From Acidimicrobiia bacterium (GTDB lineage Bacteria > Actinomycetota > Acidimicrobiia > Spongiisociales > ZC4RG35): 64,000 nucleotides of DNA. This document shows, piece by piece, positions 8,991 through 17,641 of this stretch. The notes under the pieces are model-generated. The model saw nothing but the letters and a program-made list of their open reading frames with translations. It was not told where the DNA came from and ran no database searches. The stretch lies in the NCBI GenBank assembly GCA_025928935.1, contig JAICNB010000003.1, positions 10,802 through 74,801 of the forward strand, written 5' to 3'. The number at the start of each line of letters is the position of its first letter. Positions within the stretch are counted from its first letter, which is position 1. The position numbers were made by a program, and so were the translations under genes.

Positions 8991-9722
8991 GTGGCCACCG
9001 AGAAACGGGTGCTGCGGGAGGACAGCCCGTACGAGCCTCACATCGGTGAGACCCGCCAGTACTGGCGGGACATCATCCTCGGGCTCAACGACGGCCTGGT
9101 CTCGACCTTCCTCCTGGTCGTTGGTGTCGTCGGAGGCGGCCTCGAGACCGACCAGGTCCTGCTGACCGCCGTTGCCGGCGCCTTGGCCGGAGCTATTTCG
9201 ATTGCTGCTGGGGAGTACCTGGCCACGTAGTCCCAGGACCAGGTGCTCGAAGCGGAGCTGAAGCTGGAGCGGGTCCACATCCGCGAGCATCGACAGCAGG
9301 AGCTCGACCAGCTAACCGAGATGTTCGGCGACATGGGGCTGAGACCTGAGGACGTCGACATGGTCGTGGCGGCGTTCGATCGATCGGACGACGCGATCCT
9401 CAACGCCATGAAGGCACTCGAGTTCGGCTTCGTCGAATCCGAGCGGCGATCGCCCTACCGGGCGATGGTGGCATCCGGCGGGCTCTTCCTGGTGGGGGCC
9501 CTGCCAGTGGTCCTTCCATTCCTCGCCTTCGACGATGCCAACCAGGCCCTGCTCTGGGCGACTGTCCTGGCTTTGGCCGGGCTGTTCGTTGTGGGGATGG
9601 TCAAGGCGAGGGTGGCCCGAAGCAACTGGTTCACCTCCGGGCTGGAGAACCTGGTCATCGCCGGCGTAGGTGGGGTCATCGCCTGGTTCATCGGAAACGT
9701 GGTGGGCGCCGCACTGGTGTGA
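8991..9722 (+). pseudogene. VIT1/CCC1 family Fe/Mn transporter interrupted by one in-frame TAG (9228..9230)
   Basis: ORFs 8991..9230 and 9243..9722 are in the same frame. Read through, the sequence is ...AGEYLAT*SQDQVLEAELKLERVHI..., a contiguous VIT1 sequence. The TAG sits where family members usually have Lys (AAG). Confidence 0.75.
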
Positions 9723-9742
9723 TCGCCCGTTAGAAGGAGACC

Positions 9743-9783
9743 GCAAGTTGCTTGCAATAGCAAGCAGCTTGCTATAAGCTTGC
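9743..9783. promoter_or_regulatory. array of alternating GCAAGC / GCTTGC hexamers (candidate operator) upstream of the XRE regulator
   Basis: The region reads GCAAG-TT-GCTTGC-AATA-GCAAGC-A-GCTTGC-TATAA-GCTTGC. It contains the perfect palindromes GCTTGCAATAGCAAGC (9750..9765) and GCAAGCAGCTTGC (9760..9772). Confidence 0.55.
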
Positions 9784-10157
9784 ACCAAGTGAACGAGAGC
9801 AAGCATAACGACCTCGGCGACTTCATCCACCAGCAGCGGGAGAGAGCCAACCTCTCGCTTCGCCGTCTGGCGGAGCGGGCCGGGATCTCCAACCCCTATC
9901 TGTCGCAGATAGAGCGCGGGATCCGCAGGCCATCGGCCGAGATCCTGGGCCGTCTTTCCCGGGCCCTCGAGATCTCTGCCAACACGCTGTACTCCAGGGC
10001 CGGTCTCATCGACACGGAGCTGGAATCGCCGAGCATCTACGAGGCGATCGAGGCAGACAACCTGCTCAGCGCCAGCGAGAAGAAGGTGCTGCTCGACATG
10101 TACAAGGCGTTGATCCATTCCAATGGATCACACGTGAACAAAACCGAACAGGAGTGA
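9780..10157 (+). CDS. XRE-family helix-turn-helix transcriptional regulator
   Basis: HTH_3 pattern LSLRRLAERAGISNPYLSQIERGIRRPSAEIL. The start is uncertain (TTG 9780 or GTG 9789). It is followed 1 nt later by the HbhA-like gene. Confidence 0.8.
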   Translation: MHQVNESKHNDLGDFIHQQRERANLSLRRLAERAGISNPYLSQIERGIRRPSAEILGRLSRALEISANTLYSRAGLIDTELESPSIYEAIEADNLLSASEKKVLLDMYKALIHSNGSHVNKTEQE

Positions 10158-10158
10158 C

Positions 10159-10656
10159 ATGAAGACCAAGAACGTGCTCTACGCAGTCGTCGGAGCTCCG
10201 GTCGTCGCCGCCCGCAAGGTCGGAGACAAGGCCGGTGACATCCGCATCAAGCTGAGCGAGAACGCCAGCGGGTATGGCCAGGCCGCCGAGAAGGCGATCG
10301 ACAAGTGGGCCGTCGAGGGTGAGAAGGTCGTGGGCCGCATCTCCGATGGCAAGGTCGTCGAGGAGATCTCGTCGAAGGTCGACCTGGACCAGGCCAAGGA
10401 GCAGGTCGGCAAACTGCGCGACCAGCTCGAGGACATGCTGGCCACGTGGCGGAACTCGTTCCGTCCCGAGAAGGCCCCGGCGAAGGGCACTGTGAAGCCG
10501 GCTGAGTCGGCCAAGACGCCCGCCAAGAAGCCGGCCGCCAAGCCTGCGGCGAAGACCGGCACCACCAAGGCTTCTGCTGCCAAGACGACCAAGTCGTCCG
10601 CAGAGAAGACGAGCTCACCGAAGACCGCCTCGGCCACGGCCGAGAAGGCTTCCTGA
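10159..10656 (+). CDS. HbhA-like coiled-coil protein with Lys/Ala/Pro-rich basic tail
   Basis: Helical N-terminal part, then a tail AKTPAKKPAAKPAAKTGTTKASAAKTTKSS. This resembles the mycobacterial heparin-binding hemagglutinin architecture, and the gene sits downstream of an XRE gene as in that locus. Confidence 0.65.
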   Translation: MKTKNVLYAVVGAPVVAARKVGDKAGDIRIKLSENASGYGQAAEKAIDKWAVEGEKVVGRISDGKVVEEISSKVDLDQAKEQVGKLRDQLEDMLATWRNSFRPEKAPAKGTVKPAESAKTPAKKPAAKPAAKTGTTKASAAKTTKSSAEKTSSPKTASATAEKAS

Positions 10657-10673
10657 GCTCACTCCTCCTCAGA

Positions 10674-10705
10674 GAGTAAGGGGCCCCTCACGGGGCCCCT
10701 TACTC
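10674..10705. terminator. bidirectional stem-loop terminator
   Basis: Perfect 14-bp stem GAGTAAGGGGCCCC / GGGGCCCCTTACTC with loop TCAC, located between convergent genes. Confidence 0.75.
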
Positions 10706-10713
10706 GTGCGCAG

Positions 10714-11112
10714 TCAGACGCTGGGGTCGATCTCCTTGGCAGCCTCGATCCACACCTCGACCATGCCTTCCGTGGGAAGACGCTGCACCACCCGGCTGGC
10801 GCCATTGAGACCGATGATCTTGGCGAGCAGGGCCGTCGGGTTGCGTCGGCGGAGATCACGCAACGTGTCGACGCCTGCTGCAGCGAGCAGCTCGGCGTAC
10901 TCGGCTCCGACACCGCGTACCCGGAGCAGGTCCGAGTGGCTCACCCAGAGCTGGATGTCCCGAGCGTCCAGACCCGTGGCAGCGGCGAGCTCAGCCCTCC
11001 CCTTGCGATCTGCAGCGGCTGCGATGAGGCCGTTGCTCGTCCGCACTCCGGCCTTCCGCAGCTTGGTGGCGTCCTTGTGACTGATGCCCGCCACCTGATC
11101 GATCCGAGTCAT
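10714..11112 (-). CDS. DUF4332 (helix-hairpin-helix) domain protein
   Basis: 132 aa containing LLRVRGVGAEYAELLAAAGVDTLRDL, the typical DUF4332 HhH pattern. Confidence 0.65.
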   Translation of the reverse strand: MTRIDQVAGISHKDATKLRKAGVRTSNGLIAAAADRKGRAELAAATGLDARDIQLWVSHSDLLRVRGVGAEYAELLAAAGVDTLRDLRRRNPTALLAKIIGLNGASRVVQRLPTEGMVEVWIEAAKEIDPSV

Positions 11113-11165
11113 GTGTCCCTTCAGCGCTGAAACGAACCAGACGCCCCGACTCTAGACCGATGAGC

Positions 11166-11768
11166 TCAACCCGAACCCGGCTGTCTGGGACGTAGGTCGA
11201 CGACGTCGGTCTCGGTGTCGACGTCGCGTGGGGCGAGGTCGGAGAACCAGACCTCGTTGACCCATTCGGGGTGGGCGCGCCAGAGACGCTGTGCCCCCTC
11301 GTCCCCTTCTAGTGACATGAGTCGAGGCCAAAGCAGACGGTCGACGAGGACCGGGTTGCCCCAGTTGTATCGATACTTCGGCAGGCTCACCGGGTGGTCT
11401 GATCGTGCATGCGAGGCGATCAGCTCCTCTACCACTTCGACTGGGACCGACGGCTGATCGCCCATGACTATCAGCGCCTTGTCGGCCCGGGACAGACGGG
11501 TCAACGCATCGAGACCCACCCTGATCGACGACGCGATGCCCTCCGCCCACTCCGGGTTCTCGATCACCCCCGCGTCACCGAGGTCCGACGCCTCGAGGAT
11601 CTGCTGATGATCGTGGCCAAGGACGACCCATACCTCGTCTACCGGGAACTCCCGGGTTCGGGCGACGACATGGGTGAGGAGATTGGAGTTCCCCCAGGGC
11701 TCGAGCTGCTTGGCCCTGCCCAGGCGACGTGACTCACCTGCTGCGAGCACGACGGCGGCGATGGACAT
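11166..11768 (-). CDS. MobA/MocA-like nucleotidyltransferase (molybdenum cofactor cytidylyl/guanylyl-transferase family)
   Basis: N-terminal AAVVLAAGESRRLGRAKQL motif. The start ATG overlaps the upstream XdhC stop (ATGA). Confidence 0.75.
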   Translation of the reverse strand: MSIAAVVLAAGESRRLGRAKQLEPWGNSNLLTHVVARTREFPVDEVWVVLGHDHQQILEASDLGDAGVIENPEWAEGIASSIRVGLDALTRLSRADKALIVMGDQPSVPVEVVEELIASHARSDHPVSLPKYRYNWGNPVLVDRLLWPRLMSLEGDEGAQRLWRAHPEWVNEVWFSDLAPRDVDTETDVVDLRPRQPGSG

Positions 11769-12526
11769 CAGAGACGGACCGGCAAACCCTGGAGCACGGG
11801 CTCCTCATGGTGGAGGTAACGAGCGGAGATCATCTCCGCAAGGATGGCGACCGCGACCTCTCCGGCGGCTCGGGAGCCGATGTCCAGCCCGATCGGGCCG
11901 TGAATGCGTTCGACCTGATCTTCGGTGAAGCCGGTCTCGAGCAACCTCTGTCTTCGGGCCGCACTGGTCTTGGACGAGCCCATGGCGCCGATGTACCGGA
12001 CATCTGTCGGCAGCACCAACGGCCAGAGAGGGTCCTCGAAGCGTCGATCGTGGGTTAGTACCACGACAAAGGTGCGGGAATCGAGGTCTTGACCGGTGAC
12101 GACCTCCCCCGGCCACCCCACCCTGCGCTCGTCGGCGTCGGGAAAGCGCTCCTCGGTCACGAACGCCGGTCGCGGGTCCGCCACGACGGTGTGGAAGCCG
12201 AGCAGACCGGCGTGCTGGATCAGCTCCTGGGCGATATGAACGGCACCGAAGACGAAGAGACGGGGCCGGGGGGCGATCACTTCGAAGAAGACCTCGTCCT
12301 CGCCGTATGCCAGGGTGGTGCTGGTCTCCCGTGCCATCAACTGCGATGCGTCAGACTCGACCTGGGCTTCGAGTCGGTAGGGGATGGAACCCGCCACCAC
12401 GGCCGCCCCGGAGTCGAGCACAGCCTTGGCGCCGGCGTCTGAACCGGTGATAACCGTGATGACGACGCCGAACTCGTCCTTCTCGGTCAGGTTCCTGGTT
12501 GCGTCGAGAACCGGCGACGTCACCAC
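11768..12526 (-). CDS. XdhC/CoxI family accessory protein, Rossmann-like C-terminal part
   Basis: Carries [31 protein letters not shown], the typical XdhC_C pattern. The GTG start overlaps the stop of the N-terminal ORF (GTGA). Confidence 0.7.
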   Translation of the reverse strand: MVTSPVLDATRNLTEKDEFGVVITVITGSDAGAKAVLDSGAAVVAGSIPYRLEAQVESDASQLMARETSTTLAYGEDEVFFEVIAPRPRLFVFGAVHIAQELIQHAGLLGFHTVVADPRPAFVTEERFPDADERRVGWPGEVVTGQDLDSRTFVVVLTHDRRFEDPLWPLVLPTDVRYIGAMGSSKTSAARRQRLLETGFTEDQVERIHGPIGLDIGSRAAGEVAVAILAEMISARYLHHEEPVLQGLPVRL

Positions 12527-12828
12527 GGCTCGATGTAGACCTGGATCGTCCCGCCACACGCCAGTCCGACCGCGAACGCGTCGTCGTCGGCGATGCCGTA
12601 GGTCACCAACTCGGGCTCGCCCTTCTCCAGAACCGACAAGGCACGGACGACCACATCGTTCTCGACACATCCCCCTGACACCGAGCCCTCCATCTCACCG
12701 TCTGAGGAGACCAGCATCAGCGAGCCCGGGCCTCGGGGGGCGGATCCGTAGGCCTTGACCACGGTCGCCTTGGCCACGCTCTTGCCCTGATCGACCCAGC
12801 TCTGCCGTTGTGCCAGCGTCTCACGCAT
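12520..12828 (-). CDS. XdhC/CoxI family accessory protein, N-terminal domain (separate ORF)
   Basis: 102 aa with [29 protein letters not shown]...[13 protein letters not shown], the XdhC_CoxI domain signature. Confidence 0.7.
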   Translation of the reverse strand: MRETLAQRQSWVDQGKSVAKATVVKAYGSAPRGPGSLMLVSSDGEMEGSVSGGCVENDVVVRALSVLEKGEPELVTYGIADDDAFAVGLACGGTIQVYIEPW

Positions 12829-12864
12829 GGAGCGAATCGTACCGACGCGCGGCAGACCATGGAC

Positions 12865-13974
12865 TCATGGGCCGAGGGCAAATCGGGTGAGGGCGCCCAC
12901 CCCGTGCGCATCGAGTGGGGATGACACCGCGAGCTGATGGGTTCGCCCCCCGGCACTCACCGTCGCCTCCATTGCCGCGGCAACGATGTCGTCCACCTGG
13001 AACATGACCGAGCCGCACACAGGGCAAATGGAGCCGGAACGGGCGAGGAACCCACAGTTGTTGCACATCGCGCCGGCACGACGGAACTCTCCGGCCACGA
13101 CCAGGGAATCGATCGCCTGGGCATTCGCCGCGGCCAGCACTGCGGTCATGCCGAGGACGGCCTGCCCGTCACTGAGGGCGGTGTCACAGACACGATTGGC
13201 CAGGTCTGTCTCGTTGCGCCGTCTCACCTCGTCGGCCTGCCCCGCCAGCTCCTGGCGCAGGGCGGGGATCGAGACCGTCTGCGGGCCGGCATGGAACGTG
13301 GAGCGGTGGAGCCGGTCCAGATAGGGATGAAGAGTCCGTCCGATGTCCTCGACCATCTCGCCATGCCCGCCGATCGCCAGGAAGTCGAACGGCCGCTCCT
13401 GATGCTTCTCCAGGAGGATCAGCCCGGCCTCGCGCCACATGCGGTTGGACACCTCGTCTGCTCGCCCCCTGACCCCATGCTCCTCGTAGCCGGCAAAGCC
13501 TCCGTAGTTGGGCTTCCCGATGTCGGCGATCAGTGGCGACGTCACCTCGTCGATCAGATTGCCCGAGGCGACGAAGACCCGCGATTGGGACCGGTCGGCC
13601 ACGATCACACCCGCCCGTAACGCCTTGGGCGCCGCCCGCAGCGGGCGGAGATATGGGCGAGGGCCCAGCGACGAGACGTTGGGCACCCGGTGGGCCAGTG
13701 CCTCGACCGTGAACAGGCCATCGATGTCCGAGGCGAAGATGGCATAGCCCGGGGCGGCATCACCCTCGAGTCGCTCTGCATGGTCGTGAATGCGCTCGAC
13801 GTCGGCACGCACCGATTTCTGAACCGGCCGCTCCTTCTCCTCCGCCGCCTCGCGAACCGGCCGGAGCAGATCGGTGAGGAGGGCGGTCATGCCACCCGGG
13901 CTGGGGCGACCCACGTACACCGAGATGAGAGATCCCGAAGGGCTTCTCAACTCGGCAATCGGGTCCGCTAGCAA
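12865..13974 (-). CDS. bacterial archaeo-eukaryotic release factor (eRF1/Pelota)-like protein with zinc ribbon
   Basis: The central loop KPNYGGFAGYEEHGVRGR aligns to the eRF1 region ...GRGGQSALRFARLR. The C-terminal domain has CNNCG...CPVCG and ends GVGALTRF (compare GIGAILRY in aRF1/Pelota). Confidence 0.6.
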   Translation of the reverse strand: MLADPIAELRSPSGSLISVYVGRPSPGGMTALLTDLLRPVREAAEEKERPVQKSVRADVERIHDHAERLEGDAAPGYAIFASDIDGLFTVEALAHRVPNVSSLGPRPYLRPLRAAPKALRAGVIVADRSQSRVFVASGNLIDEVTSPLIADIGKPNYGGFAGYEEHGVRGRADEVSNRMWREAGLILLEKHQERPFDFLAIGGHGEMVEDIGRTLHPYLDRLHRSTFHAGPQTVSIPALRQELAGQADEVRRRNETDLANRVCDTALSDGQAVLGMTAVLAAANAQAIDSLVVAGEFRRAGAMCNNCGFLARSGSICPVCGSVMFQVDDIVAAAMEATVSAGGRTHQLAVSSPLDAHGVGALTRFALGP

Positions 13975-14069
13975 CAGTCACCTCCCGCCCGGCGGGACCC
14001 CCCTTGGTCCTAACGAGGCGAGCCGACGAACCTACTCCATTCACTGACGTGTGACCCCGGCCAACACGG

Positions 14070-14528
14070 TCAGAGGGATCGGCTCAACTCCAGGGTGAGG
14101 TCCTCCAAGAGCCAGCCGAGGTAGTCCATGATCTCCCGCTGGTCCTCCGCCAACCGGTCGTGGTCGTCCTCGACTTCGAGGCCGAACCTGGCTCCAAGGG
14201 CCAGCCGGCCCTCATTGAGTACTCTGAGGAAGGCATCCGCCTCGTCGGTGCTGAGATGCCGGCGTCCCTGGTCGGTGATGGTTCGCTCGAAGACGCCGCG
14301 GTCATCGGACCTCGCCGCCGCCAGCTCACCCTCCATCAGCCGCCACCACTCTTCGTTCGACTCCGGATCGTCGAGGTACACCGGCACGTGCAGACGTCTC
14401 GTGGCGGGATCGTCCCCGGTCGCGGGGATGCCGGCCAGGACCTCGAGCAGCCCGGACAGGAACTCCTTCTCGTCGGTGGTGAGGTCGACTTCGATCCCGC
14501 CCCTGACGGCCTTGAACCGACGAGCCAT
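14070..14528 (-). CDS. DUF2017 domain protein (ClpS-associated)
   Basis: The start ATG overlaps the clpS stop (ATGA). It is acidic and helical, and the position matches the conserved actinobacterial ClpS-DUF2017 pair. Confidence 0.65.
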   Translation of the reverse strand: MARRFKAVRGGIEVDLTTDEKEFLSGLLEVLAGIPATGDDPATRRLHVPVYLDDPESNEEWWRLMEGELAAARSDDRGVFERTITDQGRRHLSTDEADAFLRVLNEGRLALGARFGLEVEDDHDRLAEDQREIMDYLGWLLEDLTLELSRSL

Positions 14529-14812
14529 CACTGCTCCATGGTCGCCCAGAGACCGTGGCCATGGAGGCGGTAGCAGTCGACCTCGGCTCTCTCCCGGGGG
14601 CCGTCGGAGACGATGGCCCGACCCTCGTGGTGGACCTGGAGCATGAGCAGCGTCGCCTTGTTCTCGTCGTAGCCGAAGAGCTTCCGGAACACATAGACCA
14701 CGTAAGACATGGTGTTGACCGGGTCGTTCCACACCACCACCTGCCACGGTCGGTCGATGTCCTGGTCCTCGCCGGTGTCGGGATAGATGACGGGTGCGGG
14801 CTGGGAGATCAC
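14528..14812 (-). CDS. clpS: ATP-dependent Clp protease adaptor ClpS
   Basis: 94 aa with [26 protein letters not shown]...[14 protein letters not shown], a typical ClpS core. Confidence 0.9.
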   Translation of the reverse strand: MISQPAPVIYPDTGEDQDIDRPWQVVVWNDPVNTMSYVVYVFRKLFGYDENKATLLMLQVHHEGRAIVSDGPRERAEVDCYRLHGHGLWATMEQ

Positions 14813-14842
14813 CGGCTTACGATCGTAGGCCGAATCGGCCCG

Positions 14843-15403
14843 TCACCCCTCGGGGGTCCCGGGCAGAGCCTCGAGGAGGGCCTGCCGGCAGGCAGCGACC
14901 GCGGTGGCGAAACCCGGGTCCGAATACGGGATCTCGGCAACGGGGAACGGCGAGCCGACACCGACGAAGCCGGGGACGGGCTCAGGGAAGTCCTCCACCC
15001 CCAGATCGACCATGCACCGGCTGAACTCCTGGAGCTGCTCGAGGATCTGTTGGCGCAAGACCTCGTCATCCCCGAAGTCCAGGGCCCCTGTCTCGAGGAG
15101 CTCCGAGCATGTCGACACGGCCTCGGCAGTGGCGGGATCCGAGAAATCGAGGGTGACCATGACCAGGTCGAGACGAGGGTGCCCTGTGGCGTCGAGCGGT
15201 ACCTTCTCGATCTCGATTCCCCGCTCGGCGAGACACGAGCGGAACTCTTCGACGGCGATGTCGGACAGGATCGTGACGGTCGTGGTGGGCGGCAGGGTCG
15301 TGGTCGTCGCCGGGGCATTCGTGGCCGAGGGCCCATCCGCCCCCGACGTGCACGCGACCGCGACCATCACCAACACGAGGGTGAAGCCGAACCGTCGGAT
15401 CAC
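14843..15403 (-). CDS. secreted lipoprotein, unknown function
   Basis: Signal peptide with lipobox (LVMVAVACTSG) and a Thr/Pro linker. GTG 15403 overlaps the stop of the upstream Fe-S reductase (GTGA). The ORF extension to 15538 is inside that gene. Confidence 0.6.
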   Translation of the reverse strand: MIRRFGFTLVLVMVAVACTSGADGPSATNAPATTTTLPPTTTVTILSDIAVEEFRSCLAERGIEIEKVPLDATGHPRLDLVMVTLDFSDPATAEAVSTCSELLETGALDFGDDEVLRQQILEQLQEFSRCMVDLGVEDFPEPVPGFVGVGSPFPVAEIPYSDPGFATAVAACRQALLEALPGTPEG

Positions 15404-17610
15404 TCGCCTCCGGCGTTGCTCCCGGAGCCAGCCTGGTCCATGCCGTCGGCCAGGATCATGGCCAGGTCGCGCACTTTCACGTCGTCGCGGCCCAATTCCT
15501 TCACTCCGTCGTCGAGCATCACGAAGCAGAACGGGCATGCCACGGCGATCTCGTCTGCCCCTGTGGCCAGGGCCTCCTCAGCTCGTTCGATGTTGATCTT
15601 CTTCCCGGTCTGCTCCTCCATCCAGAATCGTGCCCCACCGGCTCCACAGCACAGGGCACGTGTCCCGTGGCGCGGCATCTCCACGATCTCCATCGGGCCG
15701 GCACCGACGACTGACCTGGGTGCGAGGTAGACGTCGTTGTGACGGCCGAGATAACAGGGATCGTGATAGGCCACCTTCTTGGGCTTGCCATCGGATCGGG
15801 CCGGCGTCTCAAGACGCCCCTGGGTCAGCAGCTCCGACAACAGCTGGCTGTGATGAACGACCTCATAGCTACCGCCAAGCTGAGGATATTCGTTGGCGAT
15901 GGTGTTGAAACAGTGAGCGCACTGGGTGATGACCCTGGTGACCCCCAGGTCCTCGAACGTTGCGATGTTCTCCAGGGCCAGTTGCTGATAGACCAGCTCG
16001 TTGCCGGCCCGTCGGGCAGGGTCGCCGTTGCAGGCCTCCCGTGGGCCGAGGATGGCGAAGTCGATCCCGGCCCTGTGGAGAAGACGGGCGAGCGAGACCG
16101 AGACGGCGGTGTTGCGGTCGTCGTAAGAGCCTGCGCAACCGACGAACCAGAGATAGTCGGCCTTGTCCTTCCCGTTCTCACCGAGGATCGGGACTTCGAA
16201 GTCGAGCTCCTTCGTCCAGTCAGCCCGGGCCTGGCGGCTCAACCCCCACGGATTTGCCTGGTTCTCCATGGAGACGAAGGCACGTCCGAGCTCCGAGGGG
16301 AACTCCGATTCCATGAGAGTGAGATAACGACGCATGTCGAGGATCCGGTCGAGGATCTCGATGTTCACGGGGCAGATCTCGTCACAGGCACGGCAGGCCA
16401 CGCAGGCGAAGACCTCGTTCGGCTTCACCCGATCGAACAGATTGCCCTCGCCGTCGAGCACTGCCAGAGAAGAGACCGGGGCGGAGACGCCCGCGACCGA
16501 GGCGGCGACCTCGCCGGTCTTGATCACCATCTCCCGAGGGTCGAGGGGCTTTCCCGTGATGTTGGCCGGACACACCGAGGTGCAACGACCACAGATGGTG
16601 CAGGCGTCGGTGTCGAATATCTGCTTCCAGGTGAGGTCGGTCACCACCGATGCGCCAATGGTCTCGACGTCCTCGGCCTCGAGCAGGTTGGGCATCTCCC
16701 TCATCGCACCCTTGGGGCGGGAACGGGGCGAGAGGAACATGTTCGCCGGCGACGTGAACATGTGGCGCAGCTTGGTGACGGGGACGACGACGAGGAAGCC
16801 GACGAATGAGGCGACGTGGATGACCCAGAACGCACGGTGGAGGCCAGCGGCCGAGGTCTCGGAGATCAGCGCCGACAGAGGATGCCCGACGAACGACCAG
16901 ACCTCGAAGTCAGGCCGGCCGGCCAGGCTGATCCGCGCCGATTCGGTGAGAAGGCCGGTCAGACCCATCAATGCCAGGAGACCGAGGATCAGGGCGTCCT
17001 CCGGTTTGGTCTTGGTACGTACACGACCCGGTCTCACCACATACCTGTTGAGGGCGAATAGCGCCACGCCTCCGAGGAAGACGACCGAGGCCAGGTCGAG
17101 CACCGCCGAGTAGCCCTGATAGACCACGCCATGGAGGAACTTGAGGCTGCTGGGGAGGATGTGGTCGATCTCCAGGATGACGGTGCCCAGGAAAAGGACC
17201 AGAAATCCGTAGTAGAGAGCGGAATGCATGAGACCCGCTCTCGGGTCCCGCATGAGTGTCTTCATGCGCAGTCCGGAGTCGAGTGCCTTGACCCTCCTTC
17301 CCAAGAGCCCGCTCCGGTCATCCGGCGACCCGAGCGACCATCCCCGCGCTCGCCGGGCGAACAAATGGAGCATCAGCCAGAGAAACCCGGCCACTCCCAC
17401 GTAGAAGACGACCTGAAGGGCAGCCGGAATGTTCCCGAACACCTCCCGGCCCACGTCGACCACCGGTTGCTCCGGGAGAGTCCCGAGGATCCCCAGGGCC
17501 AGAGTGCCCAGGGCGAGGAGGATGCCCAGCCCTTCCAGGGCCCGGGCCAGGCCGTCGGGCCGCCCGCGAGGCGGCGCGGCCTCCTCCTGTCTCTCCTCGG
17601 TCAGAGCCAT
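15400..17610 (-). CDS. membrane-anchored Fe-S oxidoreductase (HdrD/GlpC-like, CCG domains)
   Basis: 736 aa. The N-terminus has multiple TM helices. Two ferredoxin motifs are present (CTICGRCTSVCP, CVACRACDEICP), followed by two Cys-rich CCG-type domains (one ending CCGAGG). Confidence 0.85.
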   Translation of the reverse strand: MALTEERQEEAAPPRGRPDGLARALEGLGILLALGTLALGILGTLPEQPVVDVGREVFGNIPAALQVVFYVGVAGFLWLMLHLFARRARGWSLGSPDDRSGLLGRRVKALDSGLRMKTLMRDPRAGLMHSALYYGFLVLFLGTVILEIDHILPSSLKFLHGVVYQGYSAVLDLASVVFLGGVALFALNRYVVRPGRVRTKTKPEDALILGLLALMGLTGLLTESARISLAGRPDFEVWSFVGHPLSALISETSAAGLHRAFWVIHVASFVGFLVVVPVTKLRHMFTSPANMFLSPRSRPKGAMREMPNLLEAEDVETIGASVVTDLTWKQIFDTDACTICGRCTSVCPANITGKPLDPREMVIKTGEVAASVAGVSAPVSSLAVLDGEGNLFDRVKPNEVFACVACRACDEICPVNIEILDRILDMRRYLTLMESEFPSELGRAFVSMENQANPWGLSRQARADWTKELDFEVPILGENGKDKADYLWFVGCAGSYDDRNTAVSVSLARLLHRAGIDFAILGPREACNGDPARRAGNELVYQQLALENIATFEDLGVTRVITQCAHCFNTIANEYPQLGGSYEVVHHSQLLSELLTQGRLETPARSDGKPKKVAYHDPCYLGRHNDVYLAPRSVVGAGPMEIVEMPRHGTRALCCGAGGARFWMEEQTGKKINIERAEEALATGADEIAVACPFCFVMLDDGVKELGRDDVKVRDLAMILADGMDQAGSGSNAGGE

Positions 17611-17641
17611 GGCGGCACTCTATTGCCGGCTGTCCTCGTGT

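Noticed and set aside
9228-9230. In-frame TAG in the VIT1 gene as a recoded (pyrrolysine-type) codon.
   Set aside because: TAG serves as an ordinary stop elsewhere in the window (for example mgtE at 423..425). No pyl genes or PYLIS-like context were seen. A single-base AAG to TAG change or a sequencing error is simpler.
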